From: an uncultured Myxococcales bacterium
GTDB lineage: Bacteria > Myxococcota > UBA4151
Reading direction: 5' to 3'
NCBI GenBank assembly: GCA_964013405.1
Contig: CAXGWI010000006.1
Coordinates: forward strand, 2,893-66,892
DNA: 64,000 nucleotides
Both the position numbers and the translations under genes were made by a program. Positions 1 through 10,061 of this stretch are shown here, in pieces (position 1 is the first letter of the stretch; the number at the start of each line of letters is the position of its first letter). The notes beneath the pieces were generated by a model. The model saw only the letters and a program-made list of their open reading frames with translations. It was not told the DNA's origin and did no database searches.

Positions 1-1
1 G

Positions 2-1045
2 GGCCTTGGGAACTCGGATACAGATGGTGACGGCGTCGACGATATTCAGACGGATAGTCTGTCGGCCGTGAAGGGCGGTGGTGAGCTGCAGCTTCTAGGC
101 AACAAGAAGCGGCGCCTCCGCTGGGGTCTCGCCCTACGGAGCAACCGCGTCGACGATCCGACGCCCTTGGTCGTGGGCTCACGAACCGGACGGCTCTACA
201 CCACGGGGCAACTCTTTCTGGAGTGGCGTCCCGGCGGTCAGGCCATGGGCTTTAAACTGCAACCAAATGGCGCCTACGATGCCTATGATGGTCTCTCTGC
301 GGCAGAGCGAGAACAGGGGGCCACCTACGACCCTACGGCTGCAAACTCCGCGAAGTACGGTCTGCGGTTCGACTATGACTGGCGGCTCTTTCCTCGCACC
401 CAATTTGTGCTCAACAACAGTTGGTCGGTCTCGGAAAGCAAGGATGCCACGTCCAACCCGCTGAACAGTGAAATCGGCCTCATGGGTCAATTCACGCCTC
501 AGCTTTCAGCCATCGTCGCCGGTGGCTACGCCATGAGCAGTTTGTTCTCGAGCCTCAATAAGAATGGCGAGGGTAAGGAGGCCGAAGATACCTCGACGTT
601 CATCGGTCAGGTTGAAGTTCGCTACGATGAAAAGCGCAACACCACCACTCGGGTCGGTTATCGCCGTGCGCTCCTCCCCGCAGCTTTTCACGGCACGATG
701 CAGAATAATCAACTTTACTTCCGCTACTACTCTCGCTTCGGCCGAGGGCTGCGTACACTCTTTAATGCCCAGTATGACTTCCGGGTTTTCGGTGCCCTGA
801 CAGGTGAAAAGCTCAACACCCTCATCAAGGTCGGCGGCGACGAACGGATTGACCATCAGATCACGGTGAACGCCTCTGTGCTCTATCAACCGAAACGCAA
901 CTGGCTCGCAGGTGTCAGCCTCCGTCCGGACTTTGTGAACACCAGCGCCACATTTAACCAGGGCACAGAAGAAGAGCCTGAATATGCAGCAGAAACTGGC
1001 TACCTTCGCCTGATGCTCATGTTCATGTTTGAAGCCAAACTGTAA
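2..1045 (+). CDS. C-terminal part of a secreted/outer-membrane protein (5' end outside window). Reading frame is open from base 2. Visible N-terminal portion carries Asp-rich DxDGDGVxD calcium-binding (thrombospondin-type-3-like) repeat.
   Basis: No stop in frame from pos 2 to 1045 (GLGNSDTDGDGVDDIQTDS...), so the 68 start in the ORF track is not a real N-terminus. Aromatic-rich, beta-strand-like C-terminal region. Confidence 0.4.
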   Translation, partial: GLGNSDTDGDGVDDIQTDSLSAVKGGGELQLLGNKKRRLRWGLALRSNRVDDPTPLVVGSRTGRLYTTGQLFLEWRPGGQAMGFKLQPNGAYDAYDGLSAAEREQGATYDPTAANSAKYGLRFDYDWRLFPRTQFVLNNSWSVSESKDATSNPLNSEIGLMGQFTPQLSAIVAGGYAMSSLFSSLNKNGEGKEAEDTSTFIGQVEVRYDEKRNTTTRVGYRRALLPAAFHGTMQNNQLYFRYYSRFGRGLRTLFNAQYDFRVFGALTGEKLNTLIKVGGDERIDHQITVNASVLYQPKRNWLAGVSLRPDFVNTSATFNQGTEEEPEYAAETGYLRLMLMFMFEAKL

Positions 1046-1638
1046 TGATTCGAGCGCTGTTTGTCGGACTGCTCCTGCTGTCCGGCTGCCGGGGTCATCG
1101 AGCCCCCGCCCCAACCCCTCCTGACCTTGATGCCATTCGGGAAGAACTAGCCCGCCGAACGAGCTTTATTGGCCCCGGCGACATGGTCAGCATCCAGGTG
1201 TACCGACATAAGGACCTCTGCCTCGAACAAGTGGTGAGCGAGGACGGGAGCATTAGTCTGCCCACGGTTGGCGAGATCGCCGTCTCTGGAAAAACCCGGA
1301 AAAACTTGGAGGAGGAGTTGGCCAAACGGCTTGCCGAGGGGGGCATCAAGAACCCTCAGGTCGCCGTGCTCATCAAGAAGCTCGTGAGCGCCAAAATCTC
1401 CGTTTATGGTGAGGTTAAAAAACCAGGAACCTTTCCCTTTGAGTCCGGTATGACCGTCGTTCAGGCGATCACCTTGGCCGCCGGCTTCGAGAAGACGGCG
1501 CAACAAGATGCTGTGGTCATCATTCACGCTTCAGGGGAGCGCCTGGAGGTTCCGGTGCGGGCCATCGGGCTGGGTCAAGTCCCGAACGTCCCGCTCATGC
1601 CTGGCGACATTGTCTATGTCCCGGAGTCCTATTTCTAA
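1045..1638 (+). CDS. Polysaccharide export lipoprotein, Wza/periplasmic Poly_export + SLBB type
   Basis: Lipobox LLLSGC. PGDMVSIQV...GEV(K)KPG and PGDIVYVPE motifs typical of the Poly_export/SLBB fold. Start overlaps stop of upstream gene. Confidence 0.65.
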   Translation: MIRALFVGLLLLSGCRGHRAPAPTPPDLDAIREELARRTSFIGPGDMVSIQVYRHKDLCLEQVVSEDGSISLPTVGEIAVSGKTRKNLEEELAKRLAEGGIKNPQVAVLIKKLVSAKISVYGEVKKPGTFPFESGMTVVQAITLAAGFEKTAQQDAVVIIHASGERLEVPVRAIGLGQVPNVPLMPGDIVYVPESYF

Positions 1639-1653
1639 GGGGTGGAGGGGAGC

Positions 1654-2394
1654 ATGAAGGGTATTATCCTGGCGGGCGGCATGGGGACACGTTTGTCGCC
1701 ACTGACGCGGGTCACCAATAAACACCTGCTCCCAGTCTATGACTGTCCCATGATCTATTACCCGCTTCGTATGCTCGTGACCGCGGGCTTCGAGGAGATC
1801 ATGATCGTCACCGGTGGCGACCACGCCGGCGACTTCCTCAAGCTGCTTGGAAATGGTTCTGAGTTTGGCCTCAAGCATCTCAACTACACCTACCAAAAAG
1901 GCCATGGAGGCATCGCCGAGGCCCTTGGCCTATGCGCCCATTGGGTCGACCGTGATCCCTGCTGTGTGGTTCTTGGTGACAATATCTTTCAATACAGCCT
2001 TGCTCCAGCCGTGGAGCAGTACCGCCAAAATCCCGTGGGGGCGCAAATCTTCATCAAGGAAGTGCCCGATCCCCATCGATTTGGCGTTGCGGAGTTGGCT
2101 GACAACCGGGTGATCCATGTGGAGGAAAAGCCCCAAAACCCTCGGAGCAACTGGGCCATCACAGGGGTCTATTGTTACGATGCGCGGGTCTTCGATATCA
2201 TCGACGGCCTCGAGCCCAGTGCTCGAGGCGAGCTGGAAATCACCGACGTGAACCGGGCCTATCTGGAATGGGGTGACCTGCGGGCGGCCCAGCTGGACGG
2301 CTGGTGGACCGATGCCGGCACCTTCAACAGTCTGCTCCGAGCCGGCCAACTCGTCGCCGAAACGGGGGCAAACCAGCCTGCACCTTCAGCTTGA
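1654..2394 (+). CDS. rmlA: Glucose-1-phosphate thymidylyltransferase
   Basis: MKGIILAGGMGTRLSPLTRVTNKHLLPVYDCPMIYYPL...VLGDNIF, near-canonical RmlA N-terminus. GGAGG RBS 5 nt upstream of ATG 1654. Confidence 0.8.
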   Translation: MKGIILAGGMGTRLSPLTRVTNKHLLPVYDCPMIYYPLRMLVTAGFEEIMIVTGGDHAGDFLKLLGNGSEFGLKHLNYTYQKGHGGIAEALGLCAHWVDRDPCCVVLGDNIFQYSLAPAVEQYRQNPVGAQIFIKEVPDPHRFGVAELADNRVIHVEEKPQNPRSNWAITGVYCYDARVFDIIDGLEPSARGELEITDVNRAYLEWGDLRAAQLDGWWTDAGTFNSLLRAGQLVAETGANQPAPSA

Positions 2395-2407
2395 GAACGA
2401 CGAGGAC

Positions 2408-4708
2408 ATGGGCGGACTAATCGAAAAATTAGATGGGCGTTTAGAGGCCCTTCAAGCCCGCCTCAAGGGCCTGACGCCCGCGCGCTCCGCAGCCGTCGGC
2501 GTGATCCTCGCGGGCCTACTGATCATCCCCTGGCTTGGTAGCACCGGCCTCACCTCACCATGGGAGGCCCAGTACGCCGAGGTGGCCCGCGAAATGACGA
2601 CCACCGGGGACTACATCTACCCCACCTACCGGAATGTGGGTTTCTTCTCGAAGCCCGTCCTCACCATGTGGCTGACAGCACCGGGGCTCTCCCTGACCGG
2701 CGGCTGGATGAGCGACGGGGTTCATTCGGAGTGGATGCCCTTCGCTGTCCGTCTGCCGACAGCCCTCTTGCTCTTACTCTTGGCCTGGTCTTGCCATTGG
2801 GCCGTGACGCGCATCTGGGATCGCCAAACGGCCTTACTGAGCACCGTCGTGCTCGTGACCTCGCCCTTCGTGCTCCTCGCCGGTCGACAAGCGGTCACCG
2901 ACATGCCCTTCCTGGCCCTCCATGGGTCGGCCCTCTGCCTCCTTGCAGGCTATCTCTTCGGCTCACCGCCCGAGGATGAACTCCACGGGCATTTAGACAG
3001 CAAAGCTGCCCTTGCCCTCGCCGGCATCGGTGGCATCGCATCTGAGTTGATTGTGGGACTCGTCGCCCCAGGCCTCAGCTCGGGAATTCGATTGCTCGTC
3101 GCGGTTGTGGTCTTTGTCGCCCTGCTCTTCAGCTTTGCTCGAGCGAGCCGAGTTGAGCAGGAACCGGGCTGGGCGAAACGTCTCGGGCTCTTTAAGGGCC
3201 CCGATGATGACCCGATGCCCCTGTGGTTTCCCATGCTGCTGGCCGCCTTCTTCCTTTTACAGGTGGTCTGGCTCGCGATCACGCCGGAACCCGAGCACTA
3301 TATGGGCTTTCGGCGGGTAGGAGCCCAGCTGCCCGTCCGTCTCACCACCATCGTTCTTCTCATCGTCGCTGGGGCCGGTCTCTGCCTTCACATCAGCAAA
3401 CAGCGACGGGCAGATCTGGCCATCTACGGCTTTTATGCCCTCGTTGGCTTAGCGACCCTCGCGAAGGGGTTCGGTGGTCCACTGATCCCCGGTGCCGTGG
3501 CCCTCGTCTACATCATCACCGCATGGGATTGGGGCATCTTGAAGCGGGTGCGCCTCATCTCAGGCCCCCTCCTCGCCTTGGTGATGGGCGGGCCCTGGTT
3601 TCTGGTCATGCTGAACTACACGGGGCGGGACGAAGAGGGGAAAACCTTCTTCTCCCGATTCATCATCCACGACCATGTGAACCGGGTCGGTGGTGGGATT
3701 CATGGGGACGAGTCGAAACACAAACTCGGCTTCGGCTTCACCTATTACCTCCGCTATCTCAGCTATGGTCTCTTTCCCTGGTCCATGGGGGTCCCCCTCG
3801 CATTGGTCGATGCGGGCCTTCACCGGGAAGCAGAAGAAAGACGCCGGCGGGCCATCCTCTTTCTCGTGGCCTGGTTCGGCACAACCTTTCTGCTGTTTAC
3901 GCTCATGGCCACCAAGTTCCATCACTACGCACTCCCCGTGGTGCCACCGCTGGCGATCCTGGTGGGCATCTGGCTCACCCGTGTTGCTCGGGGGGAATCT
4001 CGCTGGTCGATGGGTCTCGCCTTGCTGGCCATTATCTTTGGGATCTCGGTCGGCTCGGACCTGGCCCGCTTTCCCTGGGAGTGGATGGATCTAACCACCT
4101 ATCATTACATCAATTACAAGCCGAACAGTTACTTCCCTGGCAACGCCACGGGACAATGCGACCTGGGCTATAGTTATTGTTCGATCCTGGGCTTCATCCC
4201 GGTCACCTTGGCCCTGGACTGGCGGCTCATCGTCGGCACCCTCGTCGGCGTCATCGTGGCCCTGATCCTCCTGGCAAGCCTCGGGGTGGTGATTCGAGGC
4301 CTACAGGATGAGGCGAGAGGGCGCCGCTGGGTGGTTGGCAGTTGGATTCTAGGCGCACTCATCACGGGCACTTTTGTGAGTCACGTGTACTTCCCCATGC
4401 TCAGCCAGCACTGGACCCATGCCAACGTCGTCGAGACCTACTTCAAGCAACGGAGCCCGGGAGAAGATCTCGTCGCCTACCAAATGAACTGGCACGGGGA
4501 GACCTTCTATGCCCGCAACTTGGAACACCAGGTCAACGACGGGAAACGCCTGAAAGCCATCGTGGAGCGCCCAGGCACCTCTTGGGTCCTCACGGAACGC
4601 AGCCGCTTTGACGGCATGACCAAAACCCTCGGCAGCAAATATAAGTCGAAGATCCACATCGTCGACCGCAGCAACGTGAAGTGGTTCCTGGTCCGCATCG
4701 ACGACTGA
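2408..4708 (+). CDS. GT-C fold membrane glycosyltransferase, ArnT / PMT (GT39/GT83-like) family. About 12 predicted TM helices plus C-terminal soluble domain.
   Basis: First-loop motif WEAQYAEVAREMTTTGDYIYPT matches the ArnT/PMT DE..YaeiAreM...gdw..P signature. Polytopic hydrophobic profile. Confidence 0.55.
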   Translation: MGGLIEKLDGRLEALQARLKGLTPARSAAVGVILAGLLIIPWLGSTGLTSPWEAQYAEVAREMTTTGDYIYPTYRNVGFFSKPVLTMWLTAPGLSLTGGWMSDGVHSEWMPFAVRLPTALLLLLLAWSCHWAVTRIWDRQTALLSTVVLVTSPFVLLAGRQAVTDMPFLALHGSALCLLAGYLFGSPPEDELHGHLDSKAALALAGIGGIASELIVGLVAPGLSSGIRLLVAVVVFVALLFSFARASRVEQEPGWAKRLGLFKGPDDDPMPLWFPMLLAAFFLLQVVWLAITPEPEHYMGFRRVGAQLPVRLTTIVLLIVAGAGLCLHISKQRRADLAIYGFYALVGLATLAKGFGGPLIPGAVALVYIITAWDWGILKRVRLISGPLLALVMGGPWFLVMLNYTGRDEEGKTFFSRFIIHDHVNRVGGGIHGDESKHKLGFGFTYYLRYLSYGLFPWSMGVPLALVDAGLHREAEERRRRAILFLVAWFGTTFLLFTLMATKFHHYALPVVPPLAILVGIWLTRVARGESRWSMGLALLAIIFGISVGSDLARFPWEWMDLTTYHYINYKPNSYFPGNATGQCDLGYSYCSILGFIPVTLALDWRLIVGTLVGVIVALILLASLGVVIRGLQDEARGRRWVVGSWILGALITGTFVSHVYFPMLSQHWTHANVVETYFKQRSPGEDLVAYQMNWHGETFYARNLEHQVNDGKRLKAIVERPGTSWVLTERSRFDGMTKTLGSKYKSKIHIVDRSNVKWFLVRIDD

Positions 4709-4803
4709 CCGCCGAAGCCCCGAGGGGCTGAGCGCAGCCCCCCTAGCCCGAGCCCAGTTGCGTCAGACCGGGCTCCAGTTGGTCTCCGCAGCGCCAAAAT
4801 AAA

Positions 4804-4829
4804 GAAGAAGGGGCGACCGCCCCTTCTTC
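4804..4829. terminator. Bidirectional rho-independent terminator between convergent genes
   Basis: Perfect 11-bp stem GAAGAAGGGGC / GCCCCTTCTTC with 4-nt loop, flanked by A-rich (left) and T-rich (right) tracts. Confidence 0.7.
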
Positions 4830-4866
4830 ATTAAGCTCAATTTATCACCGCCCAGCGGGCGGCATT

Positions 4867-6513
4867 CTAGGCCGACGATGGCTCCTCTGCGGGCTCTTCG
4901 GGCGCCGGCGGCTGTTGCCCCTTACCCTTTGGTTTCGCATTCCAGACCCGAGTGGCAAGAAGGAAACCGGCGGCGCCCACGATGATCATCGAGATCGGCC
5001 AGGGCGACCAATTGGCTGGCTCAGTCACTTCGCCCACCAACTTACCGGCCTCGTCGAATCGTTCCTGGGGCAAGACGTAGGCGTAGGTTAACGACATGAC
5101 GCCGGTACCAAGATAAACGAAGCCATCGATGATCCCCACGGCGATCCCGACGTTTTTGCGCCCGCCAAAGTCCATAGAGGCTGTACCGGACAGCATGCCG
5201 TGAACGCCGATCACACACATTGAGATCAAAATGGCCAGGACACCTGGCAAGGACAACTTGATACCAGCGATGTTCATGGCTGGGGTCTGATAGGCCCAGA
5301 GGAGTCCGATGGAGCCAAGGGTGACCCCTAGATAGAGAATCGCTGCCACCGGGCCGCGCCGTGACTGGAAGACCCGGTCGGAGATCACACCGGCGAGCAC
5401 GCCGCCCATAATGCCGGCGACGCAAAGCCACATACCCCAGTGGTCGTAGATGAAGTCACCTTTGAGTTGCAGGACCTCGTTGGTCTGCTTGGCAAAGGTC
5501 CGGTACCACTGCATCGGCGCCTGACGAATGAAGCCACTGCAGAACTCAACCAGAGCGATCGTGATGATGATCGGGTTGGTCAGCATACGCTTGAAGACTT
5601 CGAGGGCGCCCAACTGCGGGCCGTCATCGCCAGAAGAGGCGTCAGCGGTGTCAAAGTCGTCAAGACCAGCGTCAGCCGGTGAATTTTGCACCATCATGTA
5701 GTCGGCGACCCAGAAGATGACCAAGAGGATTGCCGGAATAAAGAAGACCTCTGCGACGCCCAAATGATTGACGATCTTATAACCCACATCGAAGGCGAAA
5801 TAGATCCCGAGAGAGATGAGGATCCCGAAGATCGCACCGAAGACACCCCGCTCACGCACGTGGAACCATGGGGCGTTGCACTTCACCACGGCGACGGCAC
5901 CGAAGCTCTGGAAGTACATATTGATGCCGTAGAGCACCGAGAAGATGACGATGAAGTTCTCTCCGATCGCCCCGTGCATGGGCCCCTCCTTGATAAGACT
6001 CCACGACGCCAAACCCATCAAAAGGTTCGCAAAAGCCGAGCCACCAGCGCCCACCAAAATGGCGAAACGACCGCCGAGGCGATCCGTGAGCGGCCCGTTG
6101 ATCAAAAAGGAGCAACCATAGACCCAAACGCCGACCGTAAAGATCACGCCGAAGCCCTCATTGCTCATGAGTGCGCCACCGGCAGCGTCCTGCATTTCCT
6201 CGAACTTAAACTTGGACACCTTCAGGTTGTAGCGACCCATGTAGAGGAAGGCGTAGGTGAGCCCAAGGGGTAACCAATTCATCACTCGTCGACGCTTAAA
6301 TGCGGCGGAATGATTCACTTCATCGACCGTTGGTAGGCGACTGATAACGAAGACCACCACGGCCAGAAGAATGAAGATGGCGATAAGTTCGCCGTAAGGG
6401 CCCAACCCACTGGCTTTGTCCGCAGCGAATGCGTCGGTGGCAGCAAGAAGGGTGGCGATGAAGAGCGCTGGTCGCATGGCTGCAACTCCAATTGATCGCG
6501 GCTGCGTTGACAT
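4867..6513 (-). CDS. MFS family transporter (substrate unknown)
   Basis: 12+ TM profile. MFS motif-A-like GPLTDRLGGRFAIL. Confidence 0.55.
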   Translation of the reverse strand: MSTQPRSIGVAAMRPALFIATLLAATDAFAADKASGLGPYGELIAIFILLAVVVFVISRLPTVDEVNHSAAFKRRRVMNWLPLGLTYAFLYMGRYNLKVSKFKFEEMQDAAGGALMSNEGFGVIFTVGVWVYGCSFLINGPLTDRLGGRFAILVGAGGSAFANLLMGLASWSLIKEGPMHGAIGENFIVIFSVLYGINMYFQSFGAVAVVKCNAPWFHVRERGVFGAIFGILISLGIYFAFDVGYKIVNHLGVAEVFFIPAILLVIFWVADYMMVQNSPADAGLDDFDTADASSGDDGPQLGALEVFKRMLTNPIIITIALVEFCSGFIRQAPMQWYRTFAKQTNEVLQLKGDFIYDHWGMWLCVAGIMGGVLAGVISDRVFQSRRGPVAAILYLGVTLGSIGLLWAYQTPAMNIAGIKLSLPGVLAILISMCVIGVHGMLSGTASMDFGGRKNVGIAVGIIDGFVYLGTGVMSLTYAYVLPQERFDEAGKLVGEVTEPANWSPWPISMIIVGAAGFLLATRVWNAKPKGKGQQPPAPEEPAEEPSSA

Positions 6514-6620
6514 ACCCCTGAAAGGAGGTCGACTGTCAATATGGCAGCCTCATGCCTGCCATTGTGACCTTTGACGCATGACATCACAGCTTATCTTATT
6601 GTTTTTATGTCTTATTTTTC

Positions 6621-6636
6621 TGGCACGAGCCCTGCA
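6621..6636 (+). promoter_or_regulatory. Candidate sigma-54 (-24/-12) promoter for the gsp operon
   Basis: TGGCACGagccCTGCA: GG and GC at exact consensus spacing (TGGCACG-N4-TTGCA). Lies in the only AT-rich stretch of the window, 28 nt upstream of the gspC TTG start, and is followed by AGGAGGAGG RBS. Confidence 0.4.
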
Positions 6637-6663
6637 GTCTAAGCCAGGTAGGAGGAGGCTATC

Positions 6664-7617
6664 TTGGATCGTTTGGCCCGCTTCAAGCCCTTAGGACCCT
6701 TTCTAGGCCTGGCCTTGATCGCCTATTTGTCGGCTGGGATCGTCACCACCTTCATCGCGGATTCTCGGATGCCCGTCCCCGGCATCCCGGAAGCCTCCAA
6801 ATCGAAGAAGCGTAAACGACGCAGCAACCGGGGCAATCTGACCGCGCACATCGCCGAACGCAATCTCGCCGGCACCAAACGAAGTGAGCAGCCAGTTGCA
6901 GCCGCAGCCCCCACCGAAGCCGTCGACGATGGCGACTTGGTCAAGTCCAGCATCAACGGCCATGTCATCGCGGTCGTTCGCTTCGAAAATAAGGCATGGA
7001 GCGTGGCCCAGATCGAAAACGGGCTGCAGCGCAAAAGCTACATCGGCTACATCGGCGATCGCATGTGGCCCAATGACAACGCCGGTGCAGACCTGTTCGA
7101 GATCCTCGATATCGAAGCCGAGCGGGTCATCATCCGTGAGCTCAGCAACAACAAGCGCTCTTACCTTGAGCGCAAAGAGCAAAAGGGTGGCCCCTCGGCG
7201 AGTCCCAGCACGGGTAAAGGAAGTAAGTCTTCCGGCAAATCCGGCAAACGCAGCGAGGTCACCAAAGAGATCGTCAAAGGCATCAAATCCTCAGGCAATA
7301 ATCGCTGGGAGGTGGAGCAGAAATCCATCGACACCGTGCTCAACAACCTCAGTGTCCTGAGCCAAGATGCCCGGGTGGTGCCCGATTTCTCCGGCGGCAA
7401 ACAGCGGGGCTTCAAGCTCTTCTCCATCAAACCCGGTAGCGTATATTCGAAAATTGGTGTCCGCAACGGCGACATCCTGACCAGCGTCAACGGCTACGGT
7501 CTCGACAGTCCCGATAAGATTCTCGAGGTCTACGGCAAGCTCAAAGACAGCAGCCAGATCACCGTCGATATCCTTCGGCGCGGCAAACCCCTCTCCCTTG
7601 AGTACAGCATTCGCTAG
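6664..7617 (+). CDS. gspC: T2SS protein C-like (N-terminal TM anchor, Lys/Ser-rich linker, C-terminal PDZ domain)
   Basis: TTG start 7 nt after AGGAGGAGG. PDZ-like GVRNGDILTSVNGYGLDSPDKILEVY at C-terminus. First gene of the gsp operon. Confidence 0.55.
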   Translation: MDRLARFKPLGPFLGLALIAYLSAGIVTTFIADSRMPVPGIPEASKSKKRKRRSNRGNLTAHIAERNLAGTKRSEQPVAAAAPTEAVDDGDLVKSSINGHVIAVVRFENKAWSVAQIENGLQRKSYIGYIGDRMWPNDNAGADLFEILDIEAERVIIRELSNNKRSYLERKEQKGGPSASPSTGKGSKSSGKSGKRSEVTKEIVKGIKSSGNNRWEVEQKSIDTVLNNLSVLSQDARVVPDFSGGKQRGFKLFSIKPGSVYSKIGVRNGDILTSVNGYGLDSPDKILEVYGKLKDSSQITVDILRRGKPLSLEYSIR

Positions 7618-7649
7618 CGGGCAGCTGGCGTGATTAGAAAGGACCGACC

Positions 7650-10061
7650 ATGAACGGTCTCAAACCCCTTCTCGTGATGCTGGCCCTGTCCAGCCCTCTC
7701 GTGCTCAGCACAACGGCTCAGGCCCAGTCGTCGAAGCGCAAAGGCAGCCGAGGCAAACCGGTCGACTGCTTTAAAGAGCAGACCTACAAGTTGCCGAAGC
7801 TGCTGCAGCTGATGAGTGAGCTCACCCGCAAAAACTTCATCCTCAACGAGAAGTTAAAAAACAAAGAGGTCACCATCTACTGCGAGCGCTCCGTCTCGGT
7901 AAACGAGATGTATCGAGTGTTTATCAGCGCCCTCGCCATCCATAAACTCACCATCGTTCGGGTGGGCAAGTTCTACCGCGTCACGGCCATGAAGGACGCG
8001 AAAGGCGCGCCAAGCCCCACCTACTTGGGCAGCACCGAAGGTATGCCCTACGACGAGCGACTCGTGACCCTCATCCATAAGCTCAAGCACATGGATGCCA
8101 GTGTGATCCAGAAGGTCATCAAGTCCATGGTCGGCAAGAACGGAAAACTAGAAGTCCTCCCCCCCCGCTTAATCGTTCTCTCCGACAATGCCCTGAACAT
8201 TCGTCGCTTGCTGAAAGTCATCGAGCATCTCGACACCGAAGGTGGATCCCAACGAATCCACTTCTATGAAGCCCGCTATGCGGAGGCTCAAAGCCTTGCC
8301 GCCAAGCTCAAGGAGGTCTTCGAGGTCGAGGGAAAGAACAAGTCGAAGAAGAAGAGCGGCAGTAAGAAGAAGGCAAAGGGTGGTGAGACGAGTCCAGACG
8401 AAGTGGTTCTCGACCGTGTGGTGGCCGATGAGCGCACCAACCAGTTGATCATCGTGGCCCCCGAAGCCGCCTTCAAGCGGGCTAAGGACCTTCTCGACAA
8501 ACTGGATGTACCCACCCCTGATGATGAAGGGGCCATCCACGTCATTCGTCTCGAAAACGCGACCGCAAAGGATCTGGCGGGCACCCTTTCTGGCCTCATC
8601 ACCGGTGTGACCTCCAATCGGAAATCCAAAAGTAAGAAGAAGAGTTCCAGTGGGGGTCGAGCAACCTCCGACCCGGAAGGCTTGTTTCAAGGGGACGTTA
8701 AAGTCAGCGCCGACGAACCGACCAACTCACTGGTGGTGGTGGCCAGCCGCAACGACCTACGGGTCTTAAAAAACATTGTGGAGAAGCTGGACTACCGGCG
8801 CCCACAAGTCTTCGTTGAAGCAGCCTTCTTAGAGCTCACCATCAATGACAACAGCCAGATCGGGGCCGGCATGCACACGGGGGTCACCACCCAGGGCACG
8901 GACTGGGAAGATGGCGACTTCGAGTTTCTCAAAGATGGCGGCGGTGTCGTCAATATGAACACGGGACTCAATTCGCTGACCAGCGGCTTGGGTCAAATCG
9001 CGAGCCAGGGCCTGGTCGGCACCTTCCAAGGCATGCCCATCCCGGGACTGGATGCCATTCTGCCCGACAACATGACCCTGCCGACCTTCGGTATCGTCCT
9101 CCAAGCCCTGCAGGGCAATGGGGCCGTCGATGTACTCTCCACGCCCCACCTGCTGACGACGGACAACGAAGAAGCGGAAATCGTCGTCGGTGAGAATGTC
9201 CCCTTTGCTTCCGGTCTCTCCGGCGGGCTCGGCGGCCTGTCCAACCTGCTCGGTGGCGCGGCGAACAGTGGTACGGCTTCGGCAGCCTCATCGGCCCTCT
9301 CCGGCCTGGGTGGCTTGGGCATTCCCAGCGTCAGCATTCAGCGCCAAGATGTGGCCCTCAAGTTTAAGCTGACGCCCCATATCACCAACACGGGCCATGT
9401 CCGCATGGAGTTGGAGGTGGAAATCAGCGAACTGGGCGAGATCGAGCCCACCACCCGAAGCCCCAGGACCACCCAACGCAAACTGAAAACCACCGTGCTC
9501 GCCATGGATAACCAGACCATCGTCATCGGCGGACTCATCAGCGACAAACAGACGGAATCGGAAAACCGAATTCCCATTCTGTCCCGCATCCCCCTCTTGG
9601 GTCATCTGTTCAAAAACCGCGAAACGAAAACGGCGAAGACCAATCTACTGATGGTGCTGACCCCCCACGTGGTTCGAGACCAACAGGACTTCGCTCGGAT
9701 CCACCGGGAAAAGATGCAGGAGCGCAAAGCCTTGGCCAGTCTCGCGAAGAGGCGCCACAGTTCCCTTCCCCCCAGCGTAAACTGGCGGCGTAAGATCGGC
9801 GCATTTGCTCGCATTGAACGGGTGCTCCAAGACCAAGAGTCCCGGATCGAAAACGGTGGCAAGGGTGACGGTTCAGACGCTGTGATCACACCAGAGAAGG
9901 CCGCGGAAGAGAAGCCTGCAGTCGAAGGGGAATCAGAAGAAGAATCGAGCCCCAAAGAGGGTGAGGCTCCCGATGCCGCCAAGGCCGATGAGCCCAGCAA
10001 GGACGGGGAAGCCCCCAAAGGCACAGAAGATCAGAAGCCGGCTGACAAGGGAGCCAAGTAA
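7650..10061 (+). CDS. gspD: T2SS secretin
   Basis: Signal peptide. Canonical secretin C-domain VIGGLISDKQTESENRIPILSRIPLLGHLFKNRETKTAKTNLLMVLTPHVV. Confidence 0.9.
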   Translation: MNGLKPLLVMLALSSPLVLSTTAQAQSSKRKGSRGKPVDCFKEQTYKLPKLLQLMSELTRKNFILNEKLKNKEVTIYCERSVSVNEMYRVFISALAIHKLTIVRVGKFYRVTAMKDAKGAPSPTYLGSTEGMPYDERLVTLIHKLKHMDASVIQKVIKSMVGKNGKLEVLPPRLIVLSDNALNIRRLLKVIEHLDTEGGSQRIHFYEARYAEAQSLAAKLKEVFEVEGKNKSKKKSGSKKKAKGGETSPDEVVLDRVVADERTNQLIIVAPEAAFKRAKDLLDKLDVPTPDDEGAIHVIRLENATAKDLAGTLSGLITGVTSNRKSKSKKKSSSGGRATSDPEGLFQGDVKVSADEPTNSLVVVASRNDLRVLKNIVEKLDYRRPQVFVEAAFLELTINDNSQIGAGMHTGVTTQGTDWEDGDFEFLKDGGGVVNMNTGLNSLTSGLGQIASQGLVGTFQGMPIPGLDAILPDNMTLPTFGIVLQALQGNGAVDVLSTPHLLTTDNEEAEIVVGENVPFASGLSGGLGGLSNLLGGAANSGTASAASSALSGLGGLGIPSVSIQRQDVALKFKLTPHITNTGHVRMELEVEISELGEIEPTTRSPRTTQRKLKTTVLAMDNQTIVIGGLISDKQTESENRIPILSRIPLLGHLFKNRETKTAKTNLLMVLTPHVVRDQQDFARIHREKMQERKALASLAKRRHSSLPPSVNWRRKIGAFARIERVLQDQESRIENGGKGDGSDAVITPEKAAEEKPAVEGESEEESSPKEGEAPDAAKADEPSKDGEAPKGTEDQKPADKGAK

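Noticed and set aside
3223-4173. 316-aa ORF in an alternative frame inside the GT-C glycosyltransferase gene, Pro/Arg/Gly/His-rich
   Set aside because: Typical high-GC out-of-frame artefact: low-complexity composition, no start context, and it fully overlaps a gene with clear family motifs.
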